Translations under genes and position numbers: made by a program
DNA from: Macrostomum lignano
Lineage: Eukaryota
Length of the DNA stretch: 64,000 nt
Assembly (NCBI GenBank): GCA_002269645.1
Contig: NIVC01000049.1
Location: 248,001-312,000, forward strand
Direction: 5' to 3'
Part shown: positions 50,767 through 61,700 of the stretch, piece by piece
Position numbering within the stretch: the stretch's first letter is position 1
How the letters are laid out: every line of letters begins with the position of its first letter
The notes under the pieces: model-generated
Seen by the model: only the letters and a program-made list of their open reading frames with translations
Told to the model about the DNA's origin: nothing
Database searches by the model: none

Positions 50767-51744
50767 ATGCTTCGTCGAAAATTGGAATACGAAGTAAGGC
50801 TCAATGAGACTTTTTCACAGACGCATGCAGCGCGTTCAAGGAGTGTCAATAATATTCCGTGGGGCCGGTTGCTGTGCCTGCTTATTTTACTGCTAATCTA
50901 CGCCTACATCTTGCATACTGTTGAAGTCTTTCACATTGGAAGTTTGTCCATTACAAATACTACTACTGGGCCTGATGCTGATACTACTTCCAGTAGGACC
51001 GGTGGTAAAAGTAGTAGCGGCACAAGCAGTGGCAGCAAAAGTTCCAGCAGCAGCGGCAGTTCACTGCCTGCCTTCTGTCCTGCATCCTGTATTCGAGAAG
51101 CAGTTGAGAGCAGACTCGCTGCGGAGTTTCCCGCCCAGTCCGAACTTCTCTGGCCGACAATTGCATCTTGCCTGATCCGCCAGTTCGGCTCGCCACCGCC
51201 TGTGGACGCTCCGTCTGTGCTGCTGCTTTTCAACGGGGCCGGAGACATGAGTTCGGCAACGAAGAGAACTTTAAACTTGCTAATAAACCGCCTGTCCCAC
51301 TTGCTTGCTTCTGGCATCGGTGAATGCAAATGCCGCTCCATGACGGCTCCTGATGCTGCCGGCTGCATCGAAGTCGACGCCAAGACGGCCGCCACCACCG
51401 AAGCGATTGACGCGGCAGCCACCGAGGCGGCAAGATCAAAGAGAAGCTGTCTGGCTATTCGCCGCATTGACCAGCTGACCGGACCGGCCTCTTTGATCTT
51501 CTATCGACTTGCCGACTTGAGCGAAGCTCCGCACAGACCGTTTCTGTACGTTCTGACTGTAGAGGGCGACGCTGGAGGCGAGAAGGTCATCGACGAGACG
51601 AGCTTGCAGCGTCAGTTGCGTCAGACTTGGGTGTCAAGCGGCCTTCAGAATGAGCAGTTTGATCCGTTGTGGGCTCGCATTGGCGGCAACGTGGTGGCTG
51701 TGCTTCCAGAGTCTGAAAACAATTTGAGACAGCTGTCACGTTGA
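50767..51744 (+). CDS. TOR1AIP: Torsin-1A-interacting protein (LAP1/LULL1-like), copy 3, 325 aa, very short N-terminus
   Basis: An in-frame stop at 50740 fixes ATG 50767 as the start. TM helix LLCLLILLLIYAYILHTV after about 35 aa. Ser/Gly linker, then the same luminal domain. Confidence 0.85.
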   Translation: MLRRKLEYEVRLNETFSQTHAARSRSVNNIPWGRLLCLLILLLIYAYILHTVEVFHIGSLSITNTTTGPDADTTSSRTGGKSSSGTSSGSKSSSSSGSSLPAFCPASCIREAVESRLAAEFPAQSELLWPTIASCLIRQFGSPPPVDAPSVLLLFNGAGDMSSATKRTLNLLINRLSHLLASGIGECKCRSMTAPDAAGCIEVDAKTAATTEAIDAAATEAARSKRSCLAIRRIDQLTGPASLIFYRLADLSEAPHRPFLYVLTVEGDAGGEKVIDETSLQRQLRQTWVSSGLQNEQFDPLWARIGGNVVAVLPESENNLRQLSR

Positions 51745-52607
51745 TAGCAGATTTATGACATCTAGTACGTGCAGAGGCGTCGTAACGGACAGGACACCTC
51801 TGCAAAGAATAATGCTGGTATTTATAAATTTAAAAAAATGGGCTATGGCCTATCTTCCTTCGTACTTGTAAAATCATTTATTCAGAATTTCTTTACATTA
51901 AAGTACTAACTAAATCACGCCTTCGACGCTAAAATGAGTGCCAGAAAGCAAAAAGATGACTCTACGCTCTATGATAATAAGTAATATATTTTGTACTTTG
52001 CTCCGTTATCGTGAAATGTGTAGCGAAAATTCGCGGTGCACCCATAAGTTTTTCAGATTGAAAACTCTTGTTTTTAGCTTTTATGCAATACAGGTAATCG
52101 GATTCGTAAAATCTAACTGCCCTTACATTACTTTTATGGCTGTGAAATGCTTCCTTTGGCATGTATGCGTCATTAATCAATGTGTATTTTGGTAAACGAT
52201 AATGTTTTTAACATTCTCTTCTACCATTCAAACAGTGTGGTAGTTGAAATGTCTGTTGTTATTTGCTTTACAACTGCTAGTCTGTATGGCAGTGACCTGT
52301 CGATTTTTTTGCGAGCGAATATTACTCATCGAGGATCTGGTTTTAGATAAAATACCTAGATACCGACAGACCATTTTTAGTATATGGATTCGTTTGTCTT
52401 AATTATAGTTTTAAAATATACAAGCTAGTCGCTTCCGTGTTGTTTTACTAGGAGTTAATTATTTCAATCATTTTTATACGTTCATACGGTCAAATGAAAT
52501 TTAGCTTCACGTTAATCACGTAGTTGTATTTCATAGATAGCCTTATTAATGGTACCTCGTAAAAATCATGCATTGAACTTAAGAAAAAAGCTTGATAGAT
52601 AGCACTA

Positions 52608-52930
52608 CTTCTTATTTAGACTTGGCTGCAGTGGGTTCCAGACATCCATCGCCGCCCATTCCGCTAAATCCTGGCGACCACGGGCAGCTGGTGCTGCTGT
52701 GTCTGCACTGCGGTCCCCTTCCGGAGAGTCCAGGGGGTGGATAGTCGCTCGCCCGGTAACCCTTAGGTAGCGGACCAGCTGGCAGAGATTCTCGGGCCTG
52801 AAAACGTCGGAGAGGTCCGGATTTAGGTTCAGGTGAGATGAGCCTGTCCTGAGTAAAGGCGGGGGCAGTCACGGATGAAGTGCTCCGCATTCTCGACGCC
52901 GGAGTCAGAATAGGCGTTCCTTGCTACAGA
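52608..52930 (-). mobile_element. 5'-truncated LINE 3' end (ORF2 C-terminal zinc knuckle)
   Basis: With two frameshifts it reads [51 protein letters not shown], the ExxxHxxxxCP...FLxxTG pattern that ends many non-LTR ORF2s. Confidence 0.6.
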
Positions 52931-53080
52931 TTTTTCCCTGGAGGTGATGATGCCTGGCAAAACAGATAGCACTAAGACTTCGGGTTCAATTTTGATAGAT
53001 TCGGTTTTTGCATAGCTCAATAGTGCATAGCTCCAACCATCAAACTGTTACAATATTGTCATTCGCATATTTTCAAGCAG

Positions 53081-54367
53081 TCGGACAAATCCAACACGGC
53101 AAAATCGCCCTTAACGGCGGCGGTGGCATCAAAGACAACTAAACCGACACCAACGTCTCCATCTGCGCCTGGCGACGATGTCAGAGCCCGATCTAGACAA
53201 GCCTACATTTCACGGAAGCATCGCCAAGAAAATGACAGCGCTAATAATCTGTCAACAACGTCAAATCCAGCAGGGGGCGACACCGCCGCCGGAGATTTCA
53301 GCAAGAATTCGGTTGAAGTGAACGGGTCCAGAGTTGACAACGATATCTCTAACGAGATGGAGCAGCTAACAGTGTCCGATCCTAGCGATCATTTTGGCTC
53401 GTCGAGAACCGACAGCTCCGTGGATTCTTTGTCAACGTTTGGCAGTCCGAACCGACTGTACCCTGACCTGTCGGCCTATGGCTACGGTACGGAGTCGATG
53501 GCCTCTCCAAGCCCGTCGCCAAGTCAGCGTCGGGGCAAAGTTCCTCCTCGGTACCGCGAGAGAAAATCTGCACAGGAAGAAAACGAATCAAAGTGCTTAT
53601 ATATTGTCATAGGCTTACTCGTAGTTGTTTTTGCCTACATTCTTGGCGCACGGGCCTTCTCAACAAGTGGTAGCAAACACACGAGCAATTGTACTCTAGT
53701 TTGTATCAAAACTGTCGTACAGAGAGATCTAGCTGGCAAATTTCCCGCCCAATCGGCTCGTCTTTGGTCCACAATATCAGCCTGTCTGACTCGCCAGTAC
53801 GGCTCATCTACACCCGTTGACGCACCGTCAGTGCTGATGCTGTTCAGCAGAGGCGTTGGCAGCGGCGGCGTCGCCTCCTCCCAGCTGACGCTGAACTTTC
53901 TGGTTGGCCGACTGTCTCGCCTGTTGGCATCTGGCATCGGCGAATGCGGCTGTCGCACTTTTTCGAAGGCTGAAAAAGACGGCTGCAGCGAAGTCGAAGC
54001 CAAGACTGCCGCCACTACCGAATTGATTGACGCGGCAGCCACCGAGGCGGCGAGATCAAAGAAAAGCTGTCTGGCTATTCACCGCATCGACCAGCTGACA
54101 GGGCCGGCCTCTTTGATCTTCTATCGCCTTGCCGACTCGACCGAAGCTCCGCACAGACCGTTTCTGTACGTTCTGACTGTGGAGGGCGACACTGCAGGCG
54201 AGAAGGTCGTCGACGAGACGAGCTTGCAGCGTCAGTTGCGTCAGACTTGGGTGTCAAGCGGCCTTCAGACTGAGCACTTTGATCCCATGTGGGCTCGCAT
54301 TGGCGGCAACGTGGTGGCTGTGCTTCCAGAGTCTGATGGCACTCTACAGCATCTGTCGCGAAGGTAA
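53081..54367 (+). CDS. TOR1AIP: Torsin-1A-interacting protein (LAP1/LULL1-like), copy 4; start codon not resolved
   Basis: The frame is open from tandem phase-0 acceptors TTTTCAAG|CAG| (53078 or 53081); the first in-frame ATG is only at 53357. TM helix LYIVIGLLVVVFAYILGA. Luminal domain ends DPMWARIGGNVVAVLPES. Confidence 0.82.
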   Translation, partial: SDKSNTAKSPLTAAVASKTTKPTPTSPSAPGDDVRARSRQAYISRKHRQENDSANNLSTTSNPAGGDTAAGDFSKNSVEVNGSRVDNDISNEMEQLTVSDPSDHFGSSRTDSSVDSLSTFGSPNRLYPDLSAYGYGTESMASPSPSPSQRRGKVPPRYRERKSAQEENESKCLYIVIGLLVVVFAYILGARAFSTSGSKHTSNCTLVCIKTVVQRDLAGKFPAQSARLWSTISACLTRQYGSSTPVDAPSVLMLFSRGVGSGGVASSQLTLNFLVGRLSRLLASGIGECGCRTFSKAEKDGCSEVEAKTAATTELIDAAATEAARSKKSCLAIHRIDQLTGPASLIFYRLADSTEAPHRPFLYVLTVEGDTAGEKVVDETSLQRQLRQTWVSSGLQTEHFDPMWARIGGNVVAVLPESDGTLQHLSRR

Positions 54368-54548
54368 AGCATGAAAGCTTTGTAGTGTGAGGAGGGATAA
54401 ACAGAGCTACTTTTCATTGATTGATATTTTGTTAATTTAGTAGCCGTTCGCTTACTGCCTACTGCTTGATATCAGCGTTTAACAGTAGGCCAGTTTGTCT
54501 ATTGGCTATTTTCGTAACATTTTTTATACCAACCCACAGATACTAGAA

Positions 54549-54939
54549 TAACCAGATGGGCCACTCAGTACATTTGCGTGTAAGCTACTTTCAGTTCAGT
54601 AGCAATTTAAACGGAAGCATTTTAATGTATTTTTAAAGCCAAGGCTCATTTATTGCTCTTACCCCACTTAAACCTCCAACCGTGCCTTTCCACACTGCCC
54701 CCACCCCGCCGCACCCCAAATTTTATTTCCTGTACAGCGATGTACATTTAAGTGGACTGGCCAATGTACATTTTTGCTGAACCAATTAGCAAGCTGTTTA
54801 CGCCTGCAAGCTTGGGCTTCTAAACTTATCAAAGTCATTTCAGCTGAACTGTTTTTAAAAAATATCTTCTGTATTCTTCTTTGCTACTGAACTGAAAGTA
54901 GAAAGCTCAGTATATATGCCTGAGTGGCCCATCTAGTTA
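54549..54939. mobile_element. MITE with 20-bp TIRs, copy 2 (same orientation as copy 1)
   Basis: TAACCAGATGGGCCACTCAG and CTGAGTGGCCCATCTAGTTA are inverted with a 19/20 match. The interior is homologous to 44068-44488. Confidence 0.75.
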
Positions 54940-55804
54940 TTTCAGTATCTATGTACCAACAAAACTCAAACGAATGGGTTTAATATGGTTTATCTGGTTT
55001 ATTTCTCAGTTTGTTGGTAAATTTTTCGTATTTACGAGCGTATTTGCATGCAGAGTTATGATCGTAATCATATTGCGCATTTTCCAGTCACTAATGCCTT
55101 CGCGTCGCAGTTTGTACTTTTTCTGGGTAGGAAATTGTGTTTCATTAAAACAAATACGCTCGTAAAAAAACTATTAGAAACCCTATGTTTTCATTTCATA
55201 CTTACACTGTGCTTCTAATCAAAATATAATGCTCTATGAAAATGAGAAACTATTTTTGCTTGCTTTACTTGCTGCGTTTGTATCAATCATTTTATGTATT
55301 ATAAAGTCATTTTTGTCTCTTAGTATTTCATTATTTTCTAGTAAATTAACATTATAAATTAGCAATACTAGCTATATCCTACATGTATACTGGCTAGAGC
55401 TCCATCTGTATAATCACACCCCATGGGGCGTGGTCTGTCTGCATGCGAAATCAGTGTGGCTAAACACGATGTGTGCGTGTTTGTGTGTGTGTTTGGCACG
55501 ACGTTATTGCATGATGCTATTGCCTTTAGCCTAATTCGGCATTCTCTCTACTTTACAGTACATTGCAACCAGTGCCTGGTTCTATTTACCAAGTCTGTTA
55601 TCTTACTGACTTGCTTTTCTAAAAAAATTTCCTTCTAGTGACAAACGGGATATATTAATAGAAGGATAAATCTTGGGAGCTTGATAACCTTTGTCTTTTG
55701 ATAATTAATGCATAATCTATCTCTATATGCTATCACTGTAGTTCACCTTCTTGCTAAGAGGTCTCGTAATCTGCTAGTCTCTCTAGATAAACCTTGAGAC
55801 GGTC

Positions 55805-56765
55805 TTTCTGATCCAGTCTCACACAGTCTATCCTGATCCAATCTCACCCAGTCTATCCTGATCCAATTACACAGTCTATTCTGATCCAATCTCATACAGT
55901 CTATTCTGATCCAATCTCATACAGTCTATTCTGATCCAATCTCATCCAGTCTATCCTGATCCAATCTCACCCAGTCTATCCTGATCCAATTACACAGTCT
56001 ATTCTGATCCAATCTCATCCAGTCTATTCTGATCCAGTCTCACACAGTCTATCCTGATCCAATCTCATCCAGTCTATCCTGATCCAATCTCACCCAGTCT
56101 ATCCTGATCCAATTACACAGTCTATTCTGATCCAATCTCATACAGTCTATTCTGATCCAATCTCATCCAGTCTATCCTGATCCAATCTCACCCAGTCTAT
56201 CCTGATCCAATTACACAGTCTATTCTGATCCAATCTCATCCAGTCTATTCTGATCCAGTCTCACACAGTCTATCCTGATCCAATCTCACCCAGTGTATCC
56301 TGATCCAATCTCACCCAGTGTATCCTGATCCAATCTCATCCAGTCTATCCTGATCCAATCTCACACAGTCTATCCTGATCCAATCTCACCCAGTCTATCC
56401 TGATCCAATCTCACCCAGTCTATCCTGATCCAATCTCACCCAGTCTATCCTGATCCAATCTCACCCAGTCTATCCTGATCCAGTCTCACCCAGTGTATCC
56501 TGATCCAATCTCACCCAGTGTATCCTGATCCAATCTCACCCAGTCTATCCTGATCCAGTCTCACCCAGTGTATCCTGGTCCAATCTCACCCAGTCTATCC
56601 TGATCCAGTCTCACCCAGTGTATCCTGATCCAATCTCACCCAGTGTATCCTGATCCAATCTCACCTAGTCTATCCTGATCCAATCTCACCCAGTCTATCC
56701 TGATCCAATCTCACAAGTCTATCCTGATCCAATTTCACCCAGTCTATCCTGATCCAATCTCACAC
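55805..56765. repeat. 25-bp minisatellite (~38 copies)
   Basis: Unit CAGTCTATCCTGATCCAATCTCACC. Confidence 0.95.
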
Positions 56766-57254
56766 AGCGCCTCGCAGTTCTACTTGGATTTGGTCTACGT
56801 AGTTAGTCATTACATATTTCACGCTTTTGTATTTTAATTTTTGTCTGGATGTCTCCACGTCTAAATTTTTGTATTCCAAGATACATACATGCACATGTAT
56901 CGAACTTCTTTCTCTCCTCCGTGTGGTGTGCACTTCAATACTGCCGCATTAATGTCGTGATGCATTTTTTAATAGAATTCTTTGCCAGGGTATCAAACAT
57001 TTTCGCCGCTCAGTTCCCTTTCCCCATCTATTTGATTCTAAGGCTTCCTACATGTAGCAGAGCTTGGATATGCGAAGAAGCGTTAAAAGCGACTACCATT
57101 CAGTTGGAGAAAGATTTTTTTCTGCTTTTATAGTAGCTAGTGCTATTACCCATCGGTTTTGCCCATTGGCTTTTTTAGTGATTTTTATGCTTGGACTGGA
57201 ACTCTCTTTCCGCTTCAATCGTAGCAGCACATTCAGTTGCACTGGCACTCCCGC

Positions 57255-57277
57255 CAGACAGACGGACGGACGGACAC

Positions 57278-57331
<54 letters not shown>

Positions 57332-57333
57332 CG

Positions 57334-57377
<44 letters not shown>

Positions 57378-57493
57378 CGAGACAGACAGACAGACAGACC
57401 GAGACAGACAGACAAACAGACAGACCGGGACAGACAGACAGACAAACAAACAGTTAGGCAGGCAGGCAGACAGACAGACAGACAGACAGACCG

Positions 57494-57529
<36 letters not shown>

Positions 57530-57532
57530 CGG

Positions 57533-57563
<31 letters not shown>

Positions 57564-57566
57564 CGG

Positions 57567-57597
<31 letters not shown>

Positions 57598-57639
57598 CGG
57601 GACAGACAGACAGACAAACAAACAGTTAGGCAGACAGGC

Positions 57640-57672
<33 letters not shown>

Positions 57673-57683
57673 GGCAGGCAGGC

Positions 57684-57732
<49 letters not shown>

Positions 57733-57747
57733 GGCAGGCAGGCAGAC
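57255..57747. repeat. (GACA)n/(GGCA)n microsatellite
   Basis: Direct reading. Confidence 0.95.
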
Positions 57748-58704
57748 GAATGCGTTTTCAATATTAAACAGTGGTTTCCCAAATAGTGGCGCTCTAATGT
57801 CATTGTCTTCATCATTTCTACGTGTAAATCGGTAATCAAGATGTCTGCAGCCAGTATATAATGCTGGAATCTCACTCTCTCCTTGTAAGTTAGCTGTATT
57901 GGCCAGGTGTGCCGAATCCCAATTAAGTGCACTGCTTAAATCGAACTCACCTTATGCTCGCTTGCATAGGAACGCAAGGTCTATGCAGATTCGGTTTATT
58001 GAGAGCCATCTTGAAATGCTTCACCTGCGTATTGGCCAGGTGTTTTTTTAGTAGAAACCGACTGCATTAATTATTGAGCTATGTCAAACCCATTTCTGGA
58101 CAAAAAGCGTGAAACAGTATTTTTTATTTGATTATTAAAAATTCGATGCTCAAATATAGGCATAAGTATCTGATTAAGTAGACAAAATAGTTATGCTATT
58201 TCGCCAAAGGTAAATAATAAAAATCATAGATTCTTAACACAAAAGTTTTTTCCCAATAGAACAGATTTGTTACAGTTAGTCGTAACGCAGCGCTTTGCTT
58301 CTCTAAACAAAGATCAAATATGCAACTACAATTCCAACTAATATGGGTGTTTAGAAATATTTGGCCTTTTTTGGCTTGCACAATTTGAACACTGCTACCG
58401 CAGAAAAATAGCGAGGTTTCAATTGTTTTTTTTCAGTTACTTTTTTAATAATATTAATATCTGCATAAAAGGACAATGCAGCACAATCTCCGAATCCGAA
58501 AACAATAATATATAAATATAATTGAACAATATTGAATTAATAATAAAATAAGTTTTGTTTTCAATGAATACAAAAATTAACTAACCACAGAATAGGGCTA
58601 GCTTTGGGCTCAGGGGTAGATTTAAAGAAGATATATTATTAACATAAACAGACAAACAAATTTAAATTTGTAAAAATCAAGAAAAACCGCTTAGAATTGA
58701 TCGT

Positions 58705-59150
58705 GAATAAAAAAGTTAGATTTTGTTGTCGTATTAAACAAATTAAATACAGTTATAAAAACTGTTCCTTTGACCGTAAATTTAAAAGAAAACAAAAACA
58801 ATAACTAAATAAATTGGATTAGTTAAACAAACTATTTGGATGCGCAAATAAAATAGAAAGTTAGATTTTGTTTTCGTATTAAAAAAATTAAATACAATTA
58901 TATAAACTGTTTCTTTCACCGCAAATTTAACAGAAAACAAATACAAGAAATAAATAAATTGGATTAGTTAAACAAACTATTTTGATGCGCAAAGAAAACA
59001 AAAAGTTAGATTTTGTTTTCGTATTAAAAAAATTAAATACAATTATAAAAACTGTTCCTTTGATCGTAAATTCAACAGAAACCAAAAACAAGAAATAAAT
59101 AAATTGGATTAGTTAAACAAACTATTTTGATGCGCAAATAAACAAATTAA
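58705..59150. repeat. ~145-bp AT-rich tandem repeat (3 copies)
   Basis: AAAGTTAGATTTTGTT.TCGTATTAAA and AAATAAATTGGATTAGTTAAACAAACTATT recur at about 145-bp spacing. Confidence 0.85.
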
Positions 59151-59383
59151 CAAAAATACATACGAAGTAATAAAGCAGCGACTTAAAAAACTTACAAATA
59201 GACACAATTGAATAGACAAAAATGACTACAGCTCTACACAGATATCAGCCGATGTTGAAACTGCAACAACAGAACGACGAAACGATTGAAACAAAAATGA
59301 GTCCAATCCGGGTTTGTTTTGCTTTGCCGCGAACAACGGTTTTCTCAAGCTCTTATATTGGCTTTAATTGCCGCTTGGTCCAA

Positions 59384-60166
59384 TCACGCCACGCTGACGG
59401 TGCCCGGCGGCTGCGGCCGACCCAAAAAGCCGAGACGCATTCGTACCGAATGGATGCATCCGCACAGGTGGCTGAGGTCCATGACCTGTTGATAATGGAA
59501 CGGATACAGCAGCCGGTCGCGTAGCGTGGCCACCCGGTACTCCAGATTGCTCAAAATCAGTCGGGCGTTGCTAAAATCGAATCGCTCAAAATTCAGATCG
59601 GATCGATACACTAGCAGATCGTTCTGCACCGGCTGCAGAATCTCATTTTGCAGCATCTCCGTCACGTGGTTGACGCAGTGCTCTCGACTCTTCTGGTCGT
59701 TGCTTTTAAACGCCTGATAGACGCACTCGTCGACGTATTTGCCGAGCTTCTGCGCCACCTTGGAGCAGTTGCCGGAGAAGCAGGGTGTTGAGCTGTTCCG
59801 CCTGAGCAGGCGTCGGCGCGGGAAGCAACTCGCGGAAGCGGCGGCTGGAACGTTTCCTGAACTGCCAGCCACCGCGGCGGCAACTACAGCGGCCGCGCTT
59901 GGTGGCAGAAGCTGAGCAGTCTCCTCTGTCACCATGGCAACTACGTCAGCTGTGTCACTGGAGCTGTTAGCAGGTGAAGCCGCCGCCGCCGCCGCCGCCT
60001 GCTGCTGCAGGTTCTCAAACGAAGAAGTACGTCTGAGTAGGTTCCGGCGAGGCTTCAGAGCTCCGGCCATTGGTAGCTGCTTGCTCGATGCCATCGTCTG
60101 CGCTGCACTGCTCTGCATTTTAATATTAGGTTGAGGCTTATTACATGTATACGTACGTATAGTCAT
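59384..60166 (-). CDS. Uncharacterised single-exon protein (260 aa, or 244 aa from ATG 60118)
   Basis: GC-rich non-repetitive ORF within AT-rich flanks. Ala/Ser-rich N-half with two RRxLLRRxSS motifs and an apparently helical globular C-half. Acceptor-like TTACCTTAG 2 nt before ATG 60166. No family recognised. Confidence 0.65.
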   Translation of the reverse strand: MTIRTYTCNKPQPNIKMQSSAAQTMASSKQLPMAGALKPRRNLLRRTSSFENLQQQAAAAAAASPANSSSDTADVVAMVTEETAQLLPPSAAAVVAAAVAGSSGNVPAAASASCFPRRRLLRRNSSTPCFSGNCSKVAQKLGKYVDECVYQAFKSNDQKSREHCVNHVTEMLQNEILQPVQNDLLVYRSDLNFERFDFSNARLILSNLEYRVATLRDRLLYPFHYQQVMDLSHLCGCIHSVRMRLGFLGRPQPPGTVSVA

Positions 60167-60480
60167 TGCTAAGGTAAACAGTTATTGCTACGATTTTATG
60201 GGTAACAATAACAGTGCGATAGCACTAGAAGCGTTGCTTCAAATATACTTACATTGAAATTTCACAAACTTATAAAAGAAAAATGCTTCACAACGCTATA
60301 ATGTTAGCTTGCGTTAACCAAGCTCTGTAATTGTTGCAAAGCTTTCCTAGAAAATTACAGACTGAGTGGACGAGTAAGGCAAATGGAAATGAGCCGCTCT
60401 GCTGTAATTTGACCTGCTAAATCGTTTAATCAACGGAATGAAGGCTGCTCAAGCTGCTAGCTCGTTTCCCAATGCAGCAA

Positions 60481-60486
60481 TTTATA
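60481..60486 (-). promoter_or_regulatory. Candidate TATA box for the 59384-60166 gene
   Basis: CTATAAA on the minus strand in a GC-rich context, about 320 bp upstream of the ATG, with a GC box (GGGGCGGG, ~60530) further upstream. Motif evidence only. Confidence 0.35.
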
Positions 60487-61169
60487 GGCTGCAGCTGCAC
60501 CTCCTCCCCTCGAGACTCGGCCGAGCACGGGGGCGGGATGAGGAGCCTGTGTAGTCTGCATCGATCCACGGGTAGGGAGGCTGGGACGGCTTGGGCGTGG
60601 AGTACGGATTTGGGGGCTGGCGGACGCCCCCTGCTGGTGTTCGGGGTTGGCCGAGATATGCTGCATTTCATCCTTTCTCAGCTGCTATGCGCGGACACTT
60701 CGAATGAAGGTTGAAGAGGACCGTTATTAGCTGGGGTGGGGGGGGGGTTGTTCGGAATCAACCAGTCAGTCCGGAGCTGTCGCTTTTGTTCTTGCGACTC
60801 CCGAATCCTTTTGCAGCCTCGACATCTTTGCCTTGGCTTCATTTTCATCGCTGCACGGGCCTGAGCTCCGCGATCGCATTCCCACTATGCTGCCGGCCTG
60901 TTGAGGAATTTGAATTGCTAATTGCCTGCACATGCACGCGTTTGGTGCTCTCAGCTCACCTTTTTTTTCAATAGCCACCGCGACCTCCCCCTGTATCCTT
61001 CTCCCCTTCACCCCGCTCTTCCTCCCCCTAGTTATCCCCAGGGAACCTTTTCGCACCAGCTATGGCCGCTGCCTGATCTTATTTGCCGATTGATGTCAAA
61101 AATGGATTTGCAAAACTCTTGCTGACATCCTACCTGCATCGGTTGAGCACAAAGCGCATTTCTGTCCTA

Positions 61170-61700
61170 TGCATCTCCTCTCTCTGTCATCCCTTCTCAC
61201 TGCACCTCTCACTCTCCCTCTTCCCTCTCTCCTCTCCCTCTCCCTTCCCGCTTTCCCTCTCCCTTCTCCCTCTCCCTTCTCCCTCTCCTTTCTCCCTCTC
61301 CCCTCTCCCTCTCCCTTCTCCCCTCTCCCTTCTCCCCTCCCCTCTCCCTCTCCCTTCTCCCCTCTCCCTTCTCCCCTCTCCCCTCTCCCTCTCCCCTCTC
61401 CCCTCTCCCCTCTCCCTCTCCCTTCTCCCCTCTCCCTTCTCCCCTCTCCCCTCTCCCTCTCCCCTCTCCCTTCTTCCCTCTCCCCTCTCCCTCTCCCCTC
61501 TCCCTCTCCCCTCTCCCCTCTCCCCTCTCCCTCTCCCTCTCCCTCTCACCTCTCCCCTCTCCCTCTCCACTCTCTCTCCCCTCTCCCACTCACTATACCC
61601 TCTCCTCACTCTGAATCTGAACTCACGCAACGTATCCCTCTGTTTCTGTCTCACTCTCAATGCCATATCTCCCCCTTTTACTCTCTCTCACTCTACTGTT
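61170..61700. repeat. (CCCTCT/CCCCTCT)n polypyrimidine tract
   Basis: Direct reading. Confidence 0.93.

Noticed and set aside
57768-57960. hAT-like end CAGTGGTTTCCCAAA and possible transposase exons nearby
   Set aside because: No partner TIR or TSD was found and the translations show no recognisable motif.
59928-59941. Perfect X-box GTCACCATGGCAAC
   Set aside because: It lies within the coding sequence (VAMVT) of the orphan ORF and is most simply explained by codon content.
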